Source of the DNA: Candidatus Bathyarchaeota archaeon
GTDB lineage: Archaea > Thermoproteota > Bathyarchaeia > Bathyarchaeales > Bathycorpusculaceae
Assembly: GCA_963832745.1 (NCBI GenBank)
Contig: CAWHVC010000003.1
Span: 768,001-832,000, forward strand
Length of the DNA stretch: 64,000 nucleotides
Reading direction: 5' to 3'
The position numbers and the translations under genes are program-made. Below are positions 59,220-64,000 of the stretch, in pieces (within the stretch, counting starts at the first letter, position 1; each line of letters begins with the position of its first letter). The notes below the pieces were generated by a model. The model saw only the letters and a list, made by a program, of their open reading frames with translations. It did no database searches and was not told where the DNA came from.

Positions 59220-60698
59220 ATGATTAAACTTAGGCTTGACGTTGATTACCCTTACCCTTCAAGATACAAAAGTTTCGCTGTAACAGCCCTAGGAATAAAA
59301 AGGCCCGGCAGTGGCTACTTAAAATACGCTAAAATCATTGCCAAAATGGTTAACGAATCACAAAGAGACGTCAAAGCAGTCTGGTTCTTCACACCCTATA
59401 CAATCCCAGACAAAGAATTACTTGACCTGTTAACAACTGACAAGCATGAAGTCGGGTTACATGTAGCAACCAACCCGTACCGTGAAATGAACAACATAGA
59501 AAAAGCGACAGGTAGAAAACTGAATTATTACACGGTACACGGGACAGAGCGTTTGCTTGGAAGAATAATTTGGCACAGAAAATTAAGCCAGGCAAAAGTG
59601 CCCGTACCAGAAGATTTTCCGCTTCAATCCTACTATGTTTACCATCATCTTGGATTGGACGTGATAGCTCACACTTGCGCAGTGGAAGAAGCGGTAAAAC
59701 AAACAGAAGAGGCCATAACCAAAGGTGACGTTATACTAATTCACCCAGAATGGCTGTTTCAAAGAGGAAAACACAACCCCCGAGGACCATACTATGAACC
59801 ATTAAAGCGACTCTTAGGGGTCGATGTCGACCTAAACTATTTAGAGGTTAGAAAAAAAGGCCTAATTAAACTGGCAGAAATCGTAGACGTCTTTGCTTAC
59901 CTAAACAGGGTTAACCCAACAGAACGGTTTATTTCGAAAGTTAAAGACCGAGACGCTGACGCTTTCACATTTATTGAACGAACATGGTGCGACCCCCACA
60001 TTAACCCAGCCAGTTCATGGGTTAAAGAGCAAGATAACATTGCCCTGCTCAGCATCAGTACTTACCAAGAATGGTTTGAAAGAGTAGGCAAGAAAACCCG
60101 CAATATGATTCGGAAAGCAGAAAAAAGCGGTATAGAAACCAAAATTGTGGTGCCAGACGAAAAGTTTGCGGAGGGCATCTGGAAAATTTTCAATGAGACC
60201 CCGATTAGGCAAGGTCGAGCCTCACCGTATTATGGTATCTCGATAGAGAAGGTAAAGCAGGATATTTTGAACGATAGAGGCTTCACTTTTGTAGGAGCAT
60301 ACTTGGGGGATGAACTGGCAGGTTTTATCCAACTTGTACACGGCGACCAGTTAAGCATTATTACTCAGATTTTGGCGCTGCAAAAACACCAAGACAAAGC
60401 AGTAAACAATGCTACCGTTGCAAAGGCAGTCCAGTACTGTGCTGAACATGGCATAGCTAACTTGATGTACGGCAGAATGGAAAACCATCCGTCACTTGAC
60501 AAGTTCAAAGAAAGCAACGGCTTTATCAAATGTGACTTAAACAGGTACTACATACCCTTAACAACTAAAGGCAGTATTGCGATAAAACTGCGGTTACATC
60601 GTCCACTCAAAGACACAATGCCTGATAGCCTAAAAAAGAGGTTGTTTGGGGTTTATAGTTGGGTTAGCCGAACAAAAATGAAGATTAGAAGACGATAA
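59220..60698 (+). CDS. two-domain protein: polysaccharide-deacetylase-like N-terminus + GNAT/FemAB-like C-terminus
   Basis: LRLDVD, HEVGLH, TVHG, LIHP; then KKTRNMIRKAEKSG, GAYLGDELAG, SLDKFKESNGF. Confidence 0.65.
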   Translation: MIKLRLDVDYPYPSRYKSFAVTALGIKRPGSGYLKYAKIIAKMVNESQRDVKAVWFFTPYTIPDKELLDLLTTDKHEVGLHVATNPYREMNNIEKATGRKLNYYTVHGTERLLGRIIWHRKLSQAKVPVPEDFPLQSYYVYHHLGLDVIAHTCAVEEAVKQTEEAITKGDVILIHPEWLFQRGKHNPRGPYYEPLKRLLGVDVDLNYLEVRKKGLIKLAEIVDVFAYLNRVNPTERFISKVKDRDADAFTFIERTWCDPHINPASSWVKEQDNIALLSISTYQEWFERVGKKTRNMIRKAEKSGIETKIVVPDEKFAEGIWKIFNETPIRQGRASPYYGISIEKVKQDILNDRGFTFVGAYLGDELAGFIQLVHGDQLSIITQILALQKHQDKAVNNATVAKAVQYCAEHGIANLMYGRMENHPSLDKFKESNGFIKCDLNRYYIPLTTKGSIAIKLRLHRPLKDTMPDSLKKRLFGVYSWVSRTKMKIRRR

Positions 60699-60702
60699 AA
60701 AA

Positions 60703-60972
60703 TTAAAGAAGCAGAACGGCAAGAAGGTCATTTAGGTCTTTCTTGGTTTTTATGCCTCTGAAAATGATTTTGCCGCTGGCGTAGAAACGAAAAGAATATT
60801 GTTGGAAAACCAAGTCGTAAATCATTCCGGCAACTTGGCTTTTCAAAGTGGCTTTTTTCAATATATTTTGTAGTGCTTGGTCTTTTTTGTCAAATTTTAG
60901 GACGACTATGACGTCGCTTTCAGCGCCGCAAGTGCCTTCGATTCTTGAGACATAGTCGCCTACCGTTGACAT
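60703..60972 (-). CDS. small hypothetical protein at the end of the Fe-S operon
   Basis: 89 aa, start overlaps the sufS stop, GTCG and FRFYASGKIIFRG. Confidence 0.7.
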   Translation of the reverse strand: MSTVGDYVSRIEGTCGAESDVIVVLKFDKKDQALQNILKKATLKSQVAGMIYDLVFQQYSFRFYASGKIIFRGIKTKKDLNDLLAVLLL

Positions 60973-62210
60973 TAAAGCGCCTGGAACTCCTTTAGCACTT
61001 CAAGGAAACGGTTTACCTCTTCCTTAGTATTATAGAGATAGAAGCTAGCGCGGGCGCTGGATTGCAACTGGAAGATTTGGTGCAGTGGTTGTGCACAGTG
61101 ATATCCGCTACGTATGGCTATTCCGTAGCTGTCGCATAAGAGGGCAACATCATGTGATGATAAGCCTACAACGCTGAAAGGTATTATCCCACATTTGCTT
61201 GAAAGCTCTGTTGGACCGTGAACGGTTATTTTGCTCATGTCTTTCATGCCTTTCATTGCCTGTTTTGTGAGGGCTTTTTCGTGAGCTAAAATATTTTCCA
61301 TTTCAACTTGTTGAAGGTATTTTATGGCTGCTGCTAACCCGATTGCACCCGATATGTTCGGTGTGCCTGCTTCAAACTTCCAAGGGGATTCATTCCAGCT
61401 TATGTCGCATTGCTGACTTTGGAAATTGTAAGCTACGTCTTTTATCATTTCTCCGCCGCCTTGGAATGGCCCCATCTTTTCAAGCAACGTTTTCTTGCCA
61501 TATAAGACGCCGATTCCTGTTGGAGCAAGCATTTTGTGTCCCGAGAAAGCCAAAAAGTCAGCGTCAAGATCTTGAACGTCAACTTTCATGTGCGGAACGG
61601 ATTGAGCGCCGTCTACAAGCATTAAAGCGCCGTTATCATGTGCAATTTTTGATAAGCGTTTTATGTCGTTTACTACGCCTGTAACGTTTGAAACTTGGCT
61701 TATGCAGGTGATTTTTGTTTTCGGTGTAATTTTGCTTTCAAAATCTTTGATGTCTAAAACACCCTCGGATGTGACGTTTGCATAGTTTATTTTGAAGCCA
61801 CGGATTTTAGCGGTAATTTCCCATGGAACAATGTTGCTGTGATGCTCCATTAGGGAAACGAGGACTTCGTCACCCTTTTTGAGGTTGTTTAGTCCCCAAG
61901 AGTAAGCGGCAAGGTTAATTGCTTCAGTTGTTCCTCTAACAAAAACTATTTCGGAAGACTCTTTTGCGTTTATGAATTTTGCAACTTGTTCACGGCTTTT
62001 CTCATACATTTCAGTAGCTTCTAAAGAGAGCGTGTGTACTCCTCGGTGAACGTTAGCGTTATTGTTTTCGTAATAGTCGGTTATGGCTTGTATGACTTGT
62101 CGGGGTTTTTGTGTTGTTGCGGCGTTGTCAAAGTAGATGAGGGGGTTATTGTTTACTTTACGTTTTAGAATTGGAAAATCGTCGCGAATCCGAGTTAGAT
62201 CTATTGGGAT
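60972..62210 (-). CDS. sufS: group II cysteine desulfurase; start inferred at ATC 62210 (or ATA 62204)
   Basis: IRDDFPIL..IYFDNAATTQKP...NVHRG is in frame upstream of ORF start 62009; MEHHSN, DGAQ, SGHK, RSGYHCA. Confidence 0.93.
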   Translation of the reverse strand: MPIDLTRIRDDFPILKRKVNNNPLIYFDNAATTQKPRQVIQAITDYYENNNANVHRGVHTLSLEATEMYEKSREQVAKFINAKESSEIVFVRGTTEAINLAAYSWGLNNLKKGDEVLVSLMEHHSNIVPWEITAKIRGFKINYANVTSEGVLDIKDFESKITPKTKITCISQVSNVTGVVNDIKRLSKIAHDNGALMLVDGAQSVPHMKVDVQDLDADFLAFSGHKMLAPTGIGVLYGKKTLLEKMGPFQGGGEMIKDVAYNFQSQQCDISWNESPWKFEAGTPNISGAIGLAAAIKYLQQVEMENILAHEKALTKQAMKGMKDMSKITVHGPTELSSKCGIIPFSVVGLSSHDVALLCDSYGIAIRSGYHCAQPLHQIFQLQSSARASFYLYNTKEEVNRFLEVLKEFQAL

Positions 62211-62716
62211 TTTTCTTCCTCCGGCTTTAGCCTCTTAGACAGCGTCTTGGCTAATTCTTCCTCTTCTAAGGCTTGCTTTTCTTCAAAAGTGTTTTCCTTA
62301 GGCATCCATGCTGGTTCAGCGCCTTTTTTGGCATCAAAATATTTTCTGATTGCACGTTTCAACGCGCCGACGGCGAGAACTCCGCAGTGGAATTTAACGC
62401 TTGGCAAGCCGCCGATTGCGTCGGTAACTTTTTTCCAAGTAATGTCATTCCAAGCAACTTCAAGAGTTAAACCTTTAACCATTTCAGTAACTATGCTTGA
62501 GGTTGCAATGTTAGCGGCACAACCGTAGCTTTCGAATTGTGCTTTTTCAATAATTTGAGTTTCCTCGTTAATTTTTAGGTAAAAAGTTATCATGTCTCCG
62601 CATGCAGGGTTGCCAGCGACTGCTACGACTGTGGCGTCATCCATTTTTCCAAGGTTTTTGGGGTTGCGGAATAAATCCATAACTTTCGGGTTATAAGGTA
62701 AAGGTATACGCGACGT
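62201..62716 (-). CDS. iscU: Fe-S scaffold IscU/NifU-N; start inferred at ACG 62716
   Basis: YNPKVMDLFRNPKNLG, GNPACGD, GCAANIA, KFHC. Confidence 0.92.
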   Translation of the reverse strand, partial: TSRIPLPYNPKVMDLFRNPKNLGKMDDATVVAVAGNPACGDMITFYLKINEETQIIEKAQFESYGCAANIATSSIVTEMVKGLTLEVAWNDITWKKVTDAIGGLPSVKFHCGVLAVGALKRAIRKYFDAKKGAEPAWMPKENTFEEKQALEEEELAKTLSKRLKPEEEKSQ

Positions 62717-62719
62717 TTT

Positions 62720-63943
62720 TTACTCCACTCCTGTTGAACCAACTATCCGTCTAATACGATTAACAGCTGATGGTAATACTTCCAAAACGTAAGCTATATC
62801 TTCTTCTGTAAGATAACGCGTCGTCTTCATAAGCACGCTACCGTGAGCTTCTTCAAATCTGCGTCCAATAGCTACCAACACGTGACTGGGCTGGAGCAGT
62901 CTTCGGCTGCACGCACTTCCGCTTGAAATGTAGACACCTTTGAGGCTCAACTCGATTGTTAGAGCCTCACCTTCTGCACGTAGGAAACTGATGTTTGCAT
63001 TGTCGGGGGAACGCTTTTCGCCTTTTGGACCGTTAAACCGTAAATCAGGCAGTTCAGTGAATATGCCATCAACCAGTTTGTCTCTTAAAGTGCGCATTTT
63101 TGTAGTGTTTGCCTCAAAATCTTCAAAAGCCAACTCGGAGGCTTTAATGAAGCCAACAATTAAGGGCGTGTTTTCTACGCCTGGCCAAAGTTTTTGTGTA
63201 CCGATTTGTCCTTCGATTATGCGGTCAAGGTTTATGCCTTCTTTTAGATACATGGCACCCATTCCTCGGGGACCCTGGATTTTGTAGCTGCTTACTGTTG
63301 CCAAGTCAACGTTTAAGTCTTGTACATTGAAGGGTACTCTACCGTAGGCGTCGGTTGCGTCTGTATGGAAAAGCGTGTGAGGGTTTTTATCTTTGACAAT
63401 TTTAACTGCCTCTTTGATGTCTTGAACTGTGCCTAATTCATTGTTTACTGTTGCGACGCTTACAAGGATGGTTTCTTTGTCGATTGCTTCTTTGAGTTTT
63501 TCCATGTTCAAGAAGCCTTCATGGTCAACAGGGATTTTGGTTATGGTGAAACCGAATTTTTGCATCATCTCCGCAACTTGCATAACATTTACTGGTTCAA
63601 TTTCTGAGATGACAATTTTTTTGCCTTTATCTTTCTGGGCAAAACATGACCCCATTACTGCAAGGTTGTTTGCTTCGGTTTCGCCTGGGGTGAAGGTGAT
63701 TTCTTCAAGGATTTTGGCGCCCATGGTTTTGCTGATTTTTTGGAAGCAGTTCATGATTACTTCGAAGGCTTCCCAGCCTGGTTTGTGGGTGAGAGTTGGG
63801 TTGCCGTAAGCGGTCTTGTTAAAGTACGGAAGCATTGCGTCTACGACTTCTTGGGGAACGATGCTTGAGTTTTCGTTGTCTAAGTAGACCTCGTGTGTGA
63901 TGCCTTCGTGAAGTTTAAGAAGTTCTTTTACGTTTTCAACCAT
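62720..63943 (-). CDS. IscS/NifS-like (group I) protein with degenerate PLP-site motifs
   Basis: YGNP, TEANN, NNELGT, SSYK..GPRG.G, SSGSACS, PSHVL.AIG. Confidence 0.85.
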   Translation of the reverse strand: MVENVKELLKLHEGITHEVYLDNENSSIVPQEVVDAMLPYFNKTAYGNPTLTHKPGWEAFEVIMNCFQKISKTMGAKILEEITFTPGETEANNLAVMGSCFAQKDKGKKIVISEIEPVNVMQVAEMMQKFGFTITKIPVDHEGFLNMEKLKEAIDKETILVSVATVNNELGTVQDIKEAVKIVKDKNPHTLFHTDATDAYGRVPFNVQDLNVDLATVSSYKIQGPRGMGAMYLKEGINLDRIIEGQIGTQKLWPGVENTPLIVGFIKASELAFEDFEANTTKMRTLRDKLVDGIFTELPDLRFNGPKGEKRSPDNANISFLRAEGEALTIELSLKGVYISSGSACSRRLLQPSHVLVAIGRRFEEAHGSVLMKTTRYLTEEDIAYVLEVLPSAVNRIRRIVGSTGVE

Positions 63944-64000
63944 AAAGTATCCTTACCATAGAAAGTGATTAGATAACTCGTCACCTTGCTATATCCCTGT

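Noticed and set aside
63944-64000. 3' end of an upstream gene at the window edge
   Set aside because: Too short to assign a frame or product.

Overview
Archaeal chromosomal window. The gene set (thermosome, archaeal ThrRS/ProRS/GluRS, SRP19, S8e, TFE, aTrm56, NAC, MBF1, IPK/IDI-2/GGPPS, AMP phosphorylase with form III RuBisCO, MtrH-family, DUF1512, many secreted proteins with C-terminal anchors) suggests a TACK archaeon, most likely Bathyarchaeia; that assignment is inference. Core housekeeping blocks alternate with single accessory membrane/secreted genes, followed by a glycan-modification region (49-60.7 kb, several frameshifts) and an IscS-like/IscU/SufS operon. It has two tRNAs (Glu-CTC, Val-TAC) and a fluoride riboswitch before crcB. 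Main unusual signals: (1) five conserved genes (MBF1, hflX, iscU, sufS, mgtA) have conserved N-terminal sequence upstream of the first in-frame ATG/GTG/TTG but downstream of an in-frame stop, and a Shine-Dalgarno motif points at ACG (three cases), ATC/ATA or TTA, suggesting frequent non-canonical initiation or RNA editing; (2) both tRNAs have C instead of the near-universal U55; (3) three families of short dispersed intergenic repeats, two with roughly helical-turn internal periodicity; (4) a Mg2+ P-type ATPase with a C-terminal winged-helix-like extension, and a degenerate IscS paired with an intact SufS. All alignments and counts were done by eye; no database searches were run.
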